Shown: positions 47,458 to 56,484 of the stretch, one piece after another | Layout: every line of letters starts with the position of its first letter | Position numbering within the stretch: position 1 is the stretch's first letter | Origin: Candidatus Latescibacterota bacterium | GTDB taxonomy: Bacteria > Latescibacterota > UBA2968 > UBA8231 | DNA: 64,000 nt | NCBI GenBank assembly: GCA_965200315.1 | Contig: OZ241362.1 | Span: forward strand, 5,280,001 to 5,344,000 | Direction of reading: 5' to 3' | Translations under genes and position numbers: made by a program | The notes under the pieces: model-generated | Databases searched by the model: none | What the model was told of the DNA's origin: nothing | What the model saw: only the letters and a program-made list of their open reading frames with translations

Positions 47458-48714
47458 CTAGGTCCAGATGGGCCAGTCGCGTTCTTGGAGCTTGCGCCAG
47501 AGTTTATCGAAGTCCGCGCTGCCGTCGTCTTCGCGCTCGGTGAGGCGGACGCCGGGGGCGAAGGCTTCGTCAACGCCTTGTTTCATAAGGCGCTCGGCTT
47601 GGCGCAGGTTGCGGTAGTAGTGTTTGAGGCCGCCGGGCAGGGTTACGACTGAGAGGTGGCGCGGCCATTGCGGCGCGGGCACGTCGCGGTAGCGGGCGAT
47701 CGCGTCCTCGTCTAGTTCGACCCCTAAACCCGGGCCGGTGGGCACCTGCATAAAGCCGCGCTGGACTTGATGCGGCTCGACGATTAGGTCGTCTGCGTAC
47801 GTGTGATGGGCGGTTACGCCCGGCAGGGTGGCCGTGTGCATGACCGCGCCGAGGTGGCAGGCGAAGGCCGCGGTCATGCCGGTGCCGACGTATTGCAAGA
47901 GGATCGGGGTATTGGCCGCGGCAAAGGCCCAAGAAGCGGCCAGCGCGTTGCGGATGGTCTCGTGGCTGCAAAGAGCGCCGTCAAAATGGCCAGCGCGCAG
48001 CCCGAGCCAGGGGCCGGAAGGCTGGCGCGAAGGGCCGTCGAAGATGGTGCTGACGCCGTGCAGGTAGAAGGGAATGCGGATTTCTTGGTGCAGACGCCGC
48101 CAGCCCTCGATGTCATAGGCGAAGATCGGCTCTTCGACTCCTTTGACTATGGGAATCTGCTCCAACTGGCGCAGGATGGGCAAAGCTCTTTCGACGTTGA
48201 CGAGTGAGCCGTTGAAGTCGAATTCAATGCGGAAGTCGGGCGGGGCGGCCTCCTGCATGGCTTGGGCTTGCTCGACCACGTCGTAGAAGGCGCGGGCTTT
48301 GCATTTTAGCCCGCGATAGCCGCGGGCGGCGGCTTCTTGCACCTCGGCGGCCGAGTCCTCGGGCGACATGCTGGGCATCCACCAACCCATGCTCACCCAC
48401 TCCCGCACCTGTTGGCCCATTAGCTTCCAAGCCGGCAGCCCGAGGTGTTTGCCCATCAGGTCGTAACAGGCCATGTCGAGGTTGAAGCGCCCGGTGCCCA
48501 TGACATGATCGAAGGGGTTGGTGCCGAGGTAGGCGTTGAGCAGGCTCTGCTCAAAGGGCGGGCCGGGGTTTTCGCCCAAGCCCACCAAGCCGGTATCGGT
48601 GTGGAATTTGTACACGGTCACCGCTTCGCTCATGCCGAAGTGGTAGAAGGCCTTGCGGATGCGATCCTCGTAGGGAAGGCGTAGGGGGATGACTTCGATG
48701 GCGGTGATTTTCAC
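47458..48714 (-). CDS. Mandelate racemase/muconate lactonizing enzyme family
   Basis: TDTGLVGLGE, YDLMGKHLGLP, LKCK, DFN, EEP and GPGLGVELD motifs. Confidence 0.9.
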   Translation of the reverse strand: MKITAIEVIPLRLPYEDRIRKAFYHFGMSEAVTVYKFHTDTGLVGLGENPGPPFEQSLLNAYLGTNPFDHVMGTGRFNLDMACYDLMGKHLGLPAWKLMGQQVREWVSMGWWMPSMSPEDSAAEVQEAAARGYRGLKCKARAFYDVVEQAQAMQEAAPPDFRIEFDFNGSLVNVERALPILRQLEQIPIVKGVEEPIFAYDIEGWRRLHQEIRIPFYLHGVSTIFDGPSRQPSGPWLGLRAGHFDGALCSHETIRNALAASWAFAAANTPILLQYVGTGMTAAFACHLGAVMHTATLPGVTAHHTYADDLIVEPHQVQRGFMQVPTGPGLGVELDEDAIARYRDVPAPQWPRHLSVVTLPGGLKHYYRNLRQAERLMKQGVDEAFAPGVRLTEREDDGSADFDKLWRKLQERDWPIWT

Positions 48715-48946
48715 GGCGTGGCTCCTGTCTGCGACGGGACGCTTTGGGTGCTATTTCGGCCTCCGGTGAAAGTTGGGGGAAGGTACGATTCCTTGACTTC
48801 GTACGCAAAAAATCGATGATAAAGGTGGAGGGATTGAAAGGGGCCTAGCCACGATCAAAACTCAAAGCCGTGGGGTATGTGCTAGATTCCCTAAAACGAG
48901 AACTGCGAGCGTTGTCGATGCTGTTGGCGTACCTGAGGAGTAGATA

Positions 48947-50899
48947 GTGCGAAAAGTTTGTCTCATGCTTTTGTGTTGGACGACCGCTACGTGGAGCGCC
49001 GAGGCTCCGTTTAGTCGGGGCGTCAACCTGACCAATTGGCTGCAAGCGCCGAGTGTGCAGAACGTGCATTTTGCCAAGTTTGGCCGGGCCGACTTCGCGC
49101 AGATTCAACAGCTCGGCTGCGACGTGGTGCGCCTGCCGATCAACCTGCACGCCATGACCAGCGGCCCGCCGGACTACCGCATCGATCCCTTGCTCTACGT
49201 CTTTCTCGATCCGATCGCGGATTGGACCGATGAGTTAGGGCTGCATCTGATTTTGGACAACCACTCGTTTGATCCGGCGGAAAGTACAGCACCGGATATT
49301 GGCGATGTGTTGGTGCCGGTGTGGACCCAGCTCGCCGCGCACTTTGCCGCGCATCCGGCCCCGCTCTACTACGAGATCCTCAACGAGCCGCACGGCATTA
49401 GCGACGCGGCTTGGAATGCGATCCAACAGCGAGTGATTGACGCGATTCGGCAGGTGGATCAGCAGCACGCGATCGTGGTTGGCCCGGCCAATTGGAACAG
49501 CTTCCGCAACCTGAACCGGATGCCGGTCTTTGCCGACGACAACCTCGTGTACACGTTTCACTTCTACGAGCCGTTCGTCTTTACCCACCAAGGCGCTAGC
49601 TGGACTAATCCTTCCTTGGTGCCGTTGAGCGGTGTGCCCTTTCCCTATGAGCGGGCGCGCCTGCCGTCGTTGCCTTCGTTATTGCAGGGCACGTGGGTCG
49701 GCACTGCACTGGGCAACTACAGCCGAGAGGGCACCATCGCGCAGGTGCGCCTGCTGATTGACGAGGCGGCGGCCTTTCAGAAGGATCGCGGCGTACCGCT
49801 GTTTTGCGGCGAGTTTGGGGTGTACAGCCCCAACAGCGACCCCAGAGACCGCGTCTTGTGGTACGGGGTGGTGCGGCAGCACTTGGAGGAGCGGGGCATC
49901 GCGTGGACGATTTGGGACTATCGCGGCGGGTTTGGGCTTTTTGAGCGCGGGTCGGACGAGTTGTTCGAGTTTGACCTGAACGTGCCGCTGCTGGAGGCGT
50001 TGGGGCTGAACGCGCCGCCGCAGCGGGATTTTGTGGCCGAGCCAGACCAGCAGGGGTTTGCGCTCTACGAAGATTTTATCGGCCCGCATATAGTCGAGTC
50101 CAACCACCTCAGTGCAGGCACGGCCGATTACTACGACGAGGCGGTGCCTGCGGTGGGCCGCTACTGTATGCGCTGGACCGGAGTGCCGCTCTACGGGTTC
50201 ATTGGCTTTGATTTCAAGCCCTTCAAAGACCTGTCCGCATTGGCTGCGGCGGGCTATGCGGTCGAGTTCAAGGTGCGGGGAGATACGCCGGGGGCGTCGT
50301 TTGACATTCGCTTGGTCGATACGGACACGGACGACCCGGACGACCGCCCTTGGCGCGTGCGCTACACCATTGACGAGCAAGTGGTGCCGTGGGATGGCGC
50401 GTGGCACGCGGTCCGCATTCCCTTGCGCGACTTTGCCGAGCACGGGGCTTGGGAGAATGAGTGGTTTGAGCCGATCGGCGCGTTCGATTGGCAGGCGGTC
50501 GATCGCTTCGACATCGTGGCTGAGCACCACGCCTTAGACGGAATCCAGTTCTGGTTCGACGAACTACGGATTGTAGGCCCGGTGCTGACGGCTGTGCTCG
50601 ACGAGGCCGCGTCTCAGCCAGCCGTATTGGCATTGGCCGCGAATTATCCCAACCCGTTCAATGCGACGACCGCGATCCGCTACGCGCTGCCGGTTGCCGG
50701 GCCGGTGCTCATCGATGTGTACAACATGGCCGGTCAGCGCGTGCGGACTTTAGTCGATAGGGTCAGCGCAGCCGGATGGCACACCGCGCAGTGGGACGGC
50801 ATTGACGAGCAGGGCCGGGCCGCAGCCAGCGGCATCTATGTATATAGGATGATTGCGGCCGGAACGATACAGGCGGGGAAGATGACGTTGGTGCGCTGA
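48947..50899 (+). CDS. GH5 endoglycanase with CBM-like domain and FlgD/T9SS-like tail
   Basis: Signal peptide; RGVNL, ILDNH, EILNEP (acid/base), HFYEP, CGEFG (nucleophile); NYPNPFN..WDG..SGIY tail. Confidence 0.92.
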   Translation: MRKVCLMLLCWTTATWSAEAPFSRGVNLTNWLQAPSVQNVHFAKFGRADFAQIQQLGCDVVRLPINLHAMTSGPPDYRIDPLLYVFLDPIADWTDELGLHLILDNHSFDPAESTAPDIGDVLVPVWTQLAAHFAAHPAPLYYEILNEPHGISDAAWNAIQQRVIDAIRQVDQQHAIVVGPANWNSFRNLNRMPVFADDNLVYTFHFYEPFVFTHQGASWTNPSLVPLSGVPFPYERARLPSLPSLLQGTWVGTALGNYSREGTIAQVRLLIDEAAAFQKDRGVPLFCGEFGVYSPNSDPRDRVLWYGVVRQHLEERGIAWTIWDYRGGFGLFERGSDELFEFDLNVPLLEALGLNAPPQRDFVAEPDQQGFALYEDFIGPHIVESNHLSAGTADYYDEAVPAVGRYCMRWTGVPLYGFIGFDFKPFKDLSALAAAGYAVEFKVRGDTPGASFDIRLVDTDTDDPDDRPWRVRYTIDEQVVPWDGAWHAVRIPLRDFAEHGAWENEWFEPIGAFDWQAVDRFDIVAEHHALDGIQFWFDELRIVGPVLTAVLDEAASQPAVLALAANYPNPFNATTAIRYALPVAGPVLIDVYNMAGQRVRTLVDRVSAAGWHTAQWDGIDEQGRAAASGIYVYRMIAAGTIQAGKMTLVR

Positions 50900-50991
50900 A
50901 GCTAGCGATTCTGGCCCGCGTTTTGCTTTTGCTTATTGAAAGGGTGCCCGATGGCGAGTAAATTGAACCTAGTAAGTAGGAGATGACAGGT

Positions 50992-51378
50992 ATGGCAGAA
51001 CGTTCTCCCCTCGACTATGGCGACCGCATTGGTCGCCTAGAAGGCATTATTGAGCAAATCAACGACCGCCTCAGCAACTTAGAGCACCGCTTAGGCAGTG
51101 TGAAGAGCAATTTAGAGGGTCGTATCAGCAGTGTAGAGAGCAACTTAGAGGGTCGTATCAGCAGCGTGGAGAGCAACTTAGGGGGTCGTATCAGCAGTGT
51201 AGAGAGCAATTTAGAGGGTCGTATCAGCAGCGTGGAGAGCAACTTAGGGGGGCGCATAGACCGCTTAGAGAACAGCCACCGGCGGGACTTTCGCTGGCTA
51301 ATTGGAGCGATGATAGGTATGTGGGCGACGATGATGGGCTTGCTGTTGACAGTGACCGTTAAGGTTTTTGCGGGCTAG
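50992..51378 (+). CDS. Bdr/DUF1640-like coiled-coil repeat protein with C-terminal TM anchor
   Basis: Five SVESNL(E/G)GRIS repeats and C-terminus RRDFRWLIGAMIGMWATMMGLLL. Alternative start at 50983. Confidence 0.85.
   Translation: MAERSPLDYGDRIGRLEGIIEQINDRLSNLEHRLGSVKSNLEGRISSVESNLEGRISSVESNLGGRISSVESNLEGRISSVESNLGGRIDRLENSHRRDFRWLIGAMIGMWATMMGLLLTVTVKVFAG
51097..51261 (+). repeat. Intragenic 33-bp tandem repeat (5 units)
   Basis: AG(T/C)GT(A/G)GAGAGCAA(C/T)TTAG(A/G)GGGTCGTATCAGC. Confidence 0.95.
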
Positions 51379-51470
51379 CCGGATTTGTTACCTCCCCGGG
51401 GCAAGCGTTACCTGAGCTCCACAAAATCAAGTCAGGTCGCTGACGTAGTTCTCGACTCCTATTCAGCACG

Positions 51471-52922
51471 TCAGGCATCGTTGCGCTCTTCAAGCCAGTA
51501 GGCGTACAGCCTCGCTTGGTGCAGGTAGAACTTTAGGCGCACTGGTTTTTCAAATACCAGATCGTGCGAGTGCTTCCACTCGTATTTACCCCGTAGGCTG
51601 TCGCCGGTGAAGGGCGGCGGCTCCTCGCCGGGCACCCAAAAGCCGGGGAGGGGCCGGCCGGTCTCGGCGTCTTGGATCTCGGCGTAGATTTCGCCCCAGC
51701 GGGCATCGGCGTTGAGGTAGAGGTCTTGGCCGCGCCAGTGGAAGGGCCGGGTGACGAGGGTGGCGATTGCGTCGCCATCGATGGAGACGAAGCGGTCGGT
51801 CGGCAGCTTGGCCAGGCAAAGCGCACCCGGGTCGGCGAAGTGGCACTCTTCTACCCCGAGCCGGAACAGCTCCTTGCAGCGATTGAAGTGCTGGTACATT
51901 TCCACGCTGCCCGGCATGCGGAGGGCGTTGTAGTAAATCCAAATCTCACCGTCTTCGCGCACTAGCGGGGCACCGGCCATGAGGAGCTGGCTGGTGCCGT
52001 AGTTTTCCCCGTCCCAAGGTTCGATGCCGATAAAGGGCGTGCGGTCAGCCACGCGATCCCAAGTGTGCAGATCGCGCGAGACGGCCATTTCGATCTGGTT
52101 GATGCGGGTGAAGTTGGTGGCTGGCGGCGGGATGGCGCCGATGGGATTGAAAACGGTGGGGAAGCCGATGTACAGCCCCTGATAGGGCATGACGGCCATG
52201 TTGTAGATTTCGGCGTGGTAGTCTTGGTCATCGACGATTGGCGGGGTGATGTACGCGGGGTCGTCAATGAGGGTGCGGACGCGCTGGCGGCAGTTTTCCC
52301 AGTCGGTTTCGTCGGCGTGGAAGATGAGCCCGGGCGCGGTGAAGTGGTCGAAGTCGCGGCTGGTCGCTAGCCAGACCGAGCGGCCCCACTCGGTGGGTTG
52401 CTTGACTGTGGCGAGAAATTGCTCTGTGTGGGGGTCGTATGCGAACTGGGATTCGTCTTGGCTGGGGATGAAGGAGCTGGGGAGCGGGGTCCAAGCAAAG
52501 CCGTCCGGCGAGGTCGCGCCGCCGCGGCCGTCGGGTGCGTTGAACAGGGCCTTGTAACGGCGGTTCGGGTCGGAGTCGCGCTCGTCGCGGACGATGTGGT
52601 ACAGGCCCGGGCCGTTGGGGTCGCAGGCGATGTTGTTGTCTTTGCTGCCATTCCACTCGTATAGCCCCAAGGAGGGGTGTTCCCAGTGCTCGCCGTCGCG
52701 GGAGATGGCCAAGCGGGCTTGCGGTCCGTTGTACCACCATTCGTAGCGCGCCTCGTCCGGGTTCCACAAAGGTGCGCTGCGGCTCTGGATGCCGCCGGTG
52801 ATGAGAGGGCCGCACCGTTTGGGCGGATGCAGGGTGCGGGTAGTGCCTTGCTCGGAGACTAAGGCGCGGCTGTCGAGGAAGAGCTGGCGGTGCTTTTTGG
52901 GGTCGATGAGGTCGGTGGACAT
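51471..52922 (-). CDS. Glycoside-hydrolase-like beta-propeller protein
   Basis: ISRDGEHWEHP, TSPDGFAW, ATSRDF and VSRDLHTW motifs; similar to 23105..24577. Confidence 0.6.
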   Translation of the reverse strand: MSTDLIDPKKHRQLFLDSRALVSEQGTTRTLHPPKRCGPLITGGIQSRSAPLWNPDEARYEWWYNGPQARLAISRDGEHWEHPSLGLYEWNGSKDNNIACDPNGPGLYHIVRDERDSDPNRRYKALFNAPDGRGGATSPDGFAWTPLPSSFIPSQDESQFAYDPHTEQFLATVKQPTEWGRSVWLATSRDFDHFTAPGLIFHADETDWENCRQRVRTLIDDPAYITPPIVDDQDYHAEIYNMAVMPYQGLYIGFPTVFNPIGAIPPPATNFTRINQIEMAVSRDLHTWDRVADRTPFIGIEPWDGENYGTSQLLMAGAPLVREDGEIWIYYNALRMPGSVEMYQHFNRCKELFRLGVEECHFADPGALCLAKLPTDRFVSIDGDAIATLVTRPFHWRGQDLYLNADARWGEIYAEIQDAETGRPLPGFWVPGEEPPPFTGDSLRGKYEWKHSHDLVFEKPVRLKFYLHQARLYAYWLEERNDA

Positions 52923-52931
52923 GGTTATCAC

Positions 52932-53933
52932 TCATAGCGCAAAGGGTGGAATGCGGAGGAATGCGCCCCCTTGCCGGGCGGACTCTTGGGCCAACAGACA
53001 CGCTTGGGCGGTGGCGAACACCGAGCGGGTGGGGATGAAGAGGTCGGTGCCGCGTTCAATGGCGTCGATGAGGTTGGCGACAAACGCGCCGCTTTGGTCT
53101 GGGGGCAGGTCGGGGGTGTACGGGCCGCGCTCGTTGGTGGCGATGAGCAGGTGGTCGTCGGCATAGGCGCGCAGGTGGGCCGAGCCAGCCGTGCCCATGA
53201 CGATGAAGCGGGTGTCGCCAAACGAGGGCGCGGCTTGGGGCGTGAGCCAGTCGGCGGTGAGGGTTGCCAATGAGCCGTCGGATAGCGCGAAGGAAGCCTG
53301 CACGTGGTCGTCTAAGCGCGGCTCATCCGCGAACCGCTTGCAGGTGGCGAGGGCGTGGACGCCGACGCATTCGGCCCCGGTGAGCCAGCGGATTTGATCG
53401 ACGCCGTGGCAAGCGAGGTCGTGGAACGCGCCCGTGTACTGATTCGGGTCGAAATACCAAGCTGGGGCTGTGGCGCGGCGGATCTTGTGCGGGTGGGTGG
53501 AGATGAGGCTGGCGATGGTCCCGAGCGCGCCGTCGAGGATGGCTTGGCGCAGGGCGATAAACGGCGGATAGCTGCGCGAGGTGAACCACATGGATACGTG
53601 GATTGCGCTGGCGGCTACAGCGCGGCGCATGCGCTCCCAGTCGTCGAGTGTGCGGCACAGGGGTTTGTCGAGCAGCAGGTGAATGCCCGCGCCGGCGCAG
53701 GTTTCTACGAGTGCGGTTTTTTCGTGGTGGATCAAGCCTTCGAGGATGAGCTCGGGCCGGGCGCGGTCGATCAGGTCTTCCAAGGTGGCAAAGCGGGGGA
53801 TGGATGAATAGCGCTCGCAGAGCGCGTTGTCGTCTTCAACTAAGCCGACGATCTGGCCGTTCGCCGCCTGTAAGGCGGATTGGATCATGCCGCCGATGTG
53901 GCCGTAGTGGACGCCCATGATGCCGATGCGCAT
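52932..53933 (-). CDS. Gfo/Idh/MocA oxidoreductase
   Basis: IGIMG..H, HLLLDKP and GAFHDLACHGVD motifs. Confidence 0.88.
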   Translation of the reverse strand: MRIGIMGVHYGHIGGMIQSALQAANGQIVGLVEDDNALCERYSSIPRFATLEDLIDRARPELILEGLIHHEKTALVETCAGAGIHLLLDKPLCRTLDDWERMRRAVAASAIHVSMWFTSRSYPPFIALRQAILDGALGTIASLISTHPHKIRRATAPAWYFDPNQYTGAFHDLACHGVDQIRWLTGAECVGVHALATCKRFADEPRLDDHVQASFALSDGSLATLTADWLTPQAAPSFGDTRFIVMGTAGSAHLRAYADDHLLIATNERGPYTPDLPPDQSGAFVANLIDAIERGTDLFIPTRSVFATAQACLLAQESARQGGAFLRIPPFAL

Positions 53934-54034
53934 GATGAATTCTCCGGGTGAGGTGTACGCGGGAAAATAAGACGCGGCGGATTCATGCGCTACGGCTGCT
54001 TACGTATATTCAGGCACCAGAAAGGAGCCGAACC

Positions 54035-54250
54035 ATGTCTGATTGGCTTACTACGAGATTGCCGAATGTTCCACCGTTTGCTCCGCCTCTGCCCGGTTTA
54101 GCCAGCTTCCAGTGGTGGGCCGTACTGCCGCGCCGTCGACATCGCACCAGTAGATGGCACGATCACGCTGGGATGTATCTCAAGGCTGCATACTTGGCGG
54201 CGGGGAATGAGCGCGACAATCTGTTTTGGGGGAGGATTCACAAGGAGTAG
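54035..54250 (+). other. Short ORF or gene remnant of unknown type
   Basis: Strong AAAGGAG RBS before ATG; 71 aa; no recognised family. Confidence 0.3.
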
Positions 54251-54405
54251 GGATTGCTTCTCAAAGGGCAGCATGTAGCGACTCTGATAAGTGGCCCTCG
54301 GACGTCTAGCCGGCACGTGCTGCACGTGCTGCATTGGGATGGCAGACCTCCCATGCCTAACGGCCAGTGAGTTACTGTCGTGTACTTAGGCTCGAAAAAT
54401 TTTTC

Positions 54406-54433
54406 TTGACACGTTATTTTTATGGCGTACTGT
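54406..54433 (+). promoter_or_regulatory. Sigma70-like promoter upstream of the dynamin operon
   Basis: TTGACA-16 bp-TACTGT preceded by an A/T tract (UP-like). Confidence 0.45.
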
Positions 54434-54602
54434 AAGCGGTGCTTTTGCGGCATGTTCTGTGTCGCCGGTTTGGAGAACAAACGAGAACATGGTTGAGCAT
54501 TCCATATCAGAAAGAGGTCTTGCTGCGATGACCGGGCTCTATCAGGGGCTTGGAGTCGCCGCCTCTTCAATGTTGCATAAATTGTTAAAAAACAACATCT
54601 TA

Positions 54603-54616
54603 CCCCCCCCCCCCCC
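54603..54616 (+). repeat. C14 homopolymer tract
   Basis: 14 consecutive C, about 200 bp upstream of the first dynamin gene. Confidence 0.9.
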
Positions 54617-54816
54617 GATTTTTCTGGATCACTAAGCACTAACATTCTCTACTCTCAGCACGGGCCGACGGATCGCGTTAGGACACTGCGATTCGTGCTG
54701 GCCTTCGTCCGTACGGCCGTCGCCGTAGTCCGCCATGGGAGCAAAGCGGGTAGAGCAGTGAGAAAATCAAGAGGTTCGGCCATCAGTTCTAACTTGCACA
54801 AAGGAGGATACGGAAC

Positions 54817-56484
54817 GTGAAGACGGAACAACGAGACTCAACGGCATTGAGGACACTTCGCGAGGTTGCCTCGCGGTGGGACTTGGAAATATTGGCTGAT
54901 GATCTCCAGCAGATTACGAGCGATGACGCGGTGCAGATAGGCTTTTTGGGGGACTTCAGTAGCGGCAAGAGTACGCTGATCAACGAGCTGGTAGGCGTGG
55001 AGGATCTCATGCCAGCGCAACTCGAGCCTTGCACAGCACGGGCCGGACAGGTGATATCGACCCCTTCTCTTGAAGAGCCAGAGTATTTTCGCGTGGACGA
55101 CGAGGATGAGCAGACTGCAATCAGTCGACCTGATTTTGATGATCTCGCCCGCGGGCATACGCCGGGACGGCCGCTTGTGCGCCTCCCATCCCACTCCGGG
55201 TTTCCAGCAGGATTCGTATTCCTCGACACTCCGGGACTATCGACGCTCATTGAAGAGCACACGGAGGTCACATTGGGAGAGCTACCCTTCGTAGATGCCG
55301 CTGTGATCTGTATGGATATCCGCAAGGGTGGGCTAACGAGTACCGTCACCGACTTTCTCACTTCTCCCGGCGTCCGCCATCTGCAGCATCGCTTTCTCAT
55401 CGCGCTCACATTTGCCGACCAGCTTCCAGATTCTGAACGTGCGGTGGTAGCCGAGAAGACTGCTGACACGCTGGCTCAGACCATCGGCTGCGCGAAATCA
55501 GAAGCCGAGGGCCGCATTGTAGTCGTAAGCGCCGGGCCAGAGGCAGTCGCGCGCGACGTCAGTGCTTTACGCACCGCCATCCACGAGGTGTTCGAGAAGC
55601 GCAAGGCGTTTCTCACGGATGAACGACAACACCGCGCCAGCGTTCGCCTAGTGCCGCGTGCAATCACACTGCTGGAGCATATGCGCGATGGCCTGCTGGA
55701 ATCGAAAGAAAATTTTGCGGCGCGCAAGACAGAGGCGGATGAGCAACGGACGAGGCTGGACCAAGAGCTACGCAAGCAACGGCAACGCTTCGATAAGTCT
55801 CGCGCTGAGCTCCACCGGGATGTGAGTGCAATATGCGACCACTATCAGCCTCTGTTTGCCGCTGCGTCGAACGATCTTGCTATAGAACAGGTCAGCGGCG
55901 AGTTCTCCTCGGCACTCGCAACAAAGGTTAGCGATCATTTTGCGAGCTTGGGACAACAATGGGATAACCATGTTGGGGGGATTGACGCGGAGATCCAACG
56001 CTTGCTGAGGGACATCAACAAAATTGTGAACTTGGGGGCTACCATCGCTACAGGAGCTCTGGCTGTCGCGATAAATCCCGCCACCGGTTTGGCAGCAAGT
56101 GCCGCGGAGATGACAGGTGGAGCGGTGCTGCGCGCCGGAGCCGCCGAAGGGTTCAAGAGAATTGGAACAGGATTACTTGCCACCTTGCATGCTATTAATC
56201 CGATCAACATCGTTAGTGACTTTGTTGGGGAGTGGTGGAAAAATAAGCGCATCGCCGAGCCAATGGATCATATTCGCATGAAGTTTTCGGCGCAAGCGGC
56301 ACGAGAGATCGAGACATACTTTGAGTCCGAAATATTTCAGCCCCTAGAGCGCGAGCATAAAGAAGTACAGAGCGTACTTTCTCAGATTGAATCCGAGCGC
56401 CGAACCGATATCACCGATCGCAATGCCAAGGTGTCGCGTATCGACGCCGATAGCGCTCGGCTCCGAAAGGTTAGTCAGCCATGA
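54817..56484 (+). CDS. Bacterial dynamin-like GTPase 1
   Basis: G1 GDFSSGKS, G2 PCTA, G3 DTPG, G4-like TFAD; coiled-coil stalk; Gly/Ala-rich hydrophobic paddle (LGATIATGALAVAI); GGAGG RBS. Confidence 0.88.
   Translation: MKTEQRDSTALRTLREVASRWDLEILADDLQQITSDDAVQIGFLGDFSSGKSTLINELVGVEDLMPAQLEPCTARAGQVISTPSLEEPEYFRVDDEDEQTAISRPDFDDLARGHTPGRPLVRLPSHSGFPAGFVFLDTPGLSTLIEEHTEVTLGELPFVDAAVICMDIRKGGLTSTVTDFLTSPGVRHLQHRFLIALTFADQLPDSERAVVAEKTADTLAQTIGCAKSEAEGRIVVVSAGPEAVARDVSALRTAIHEVFEKRKAFLTDERQHRASVRLVPRAITLLEHMRDGLLESKENFAARKTEADEQRTRLDQELRKQRQRFDKSRAELHRDVSAICDHYQPLFAAASNDLAIEQVSGEFSSALATKVSDHFASLGQQWDNHVGGIDAEIQRLLRDINKIVNLGATIATGALAVAINPATGLAASAAEMTGGAVLRAGAAEGFKRIGTGLLATLHAINPINIVSDFVGEWWKNKRIAEPMDHIRMKFSAQAAREIETYFESEIFQPLEREHKEVQSVLSQIESERRTDITDRNAKVSRIDADSARLRKVSQP

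Noticed and set aside
54313-54333. GCACGTGCT tandem duplication upstream of the dynamin operon
   Set aside because: Only about two units, with no supporting evidence for a regulatory role.
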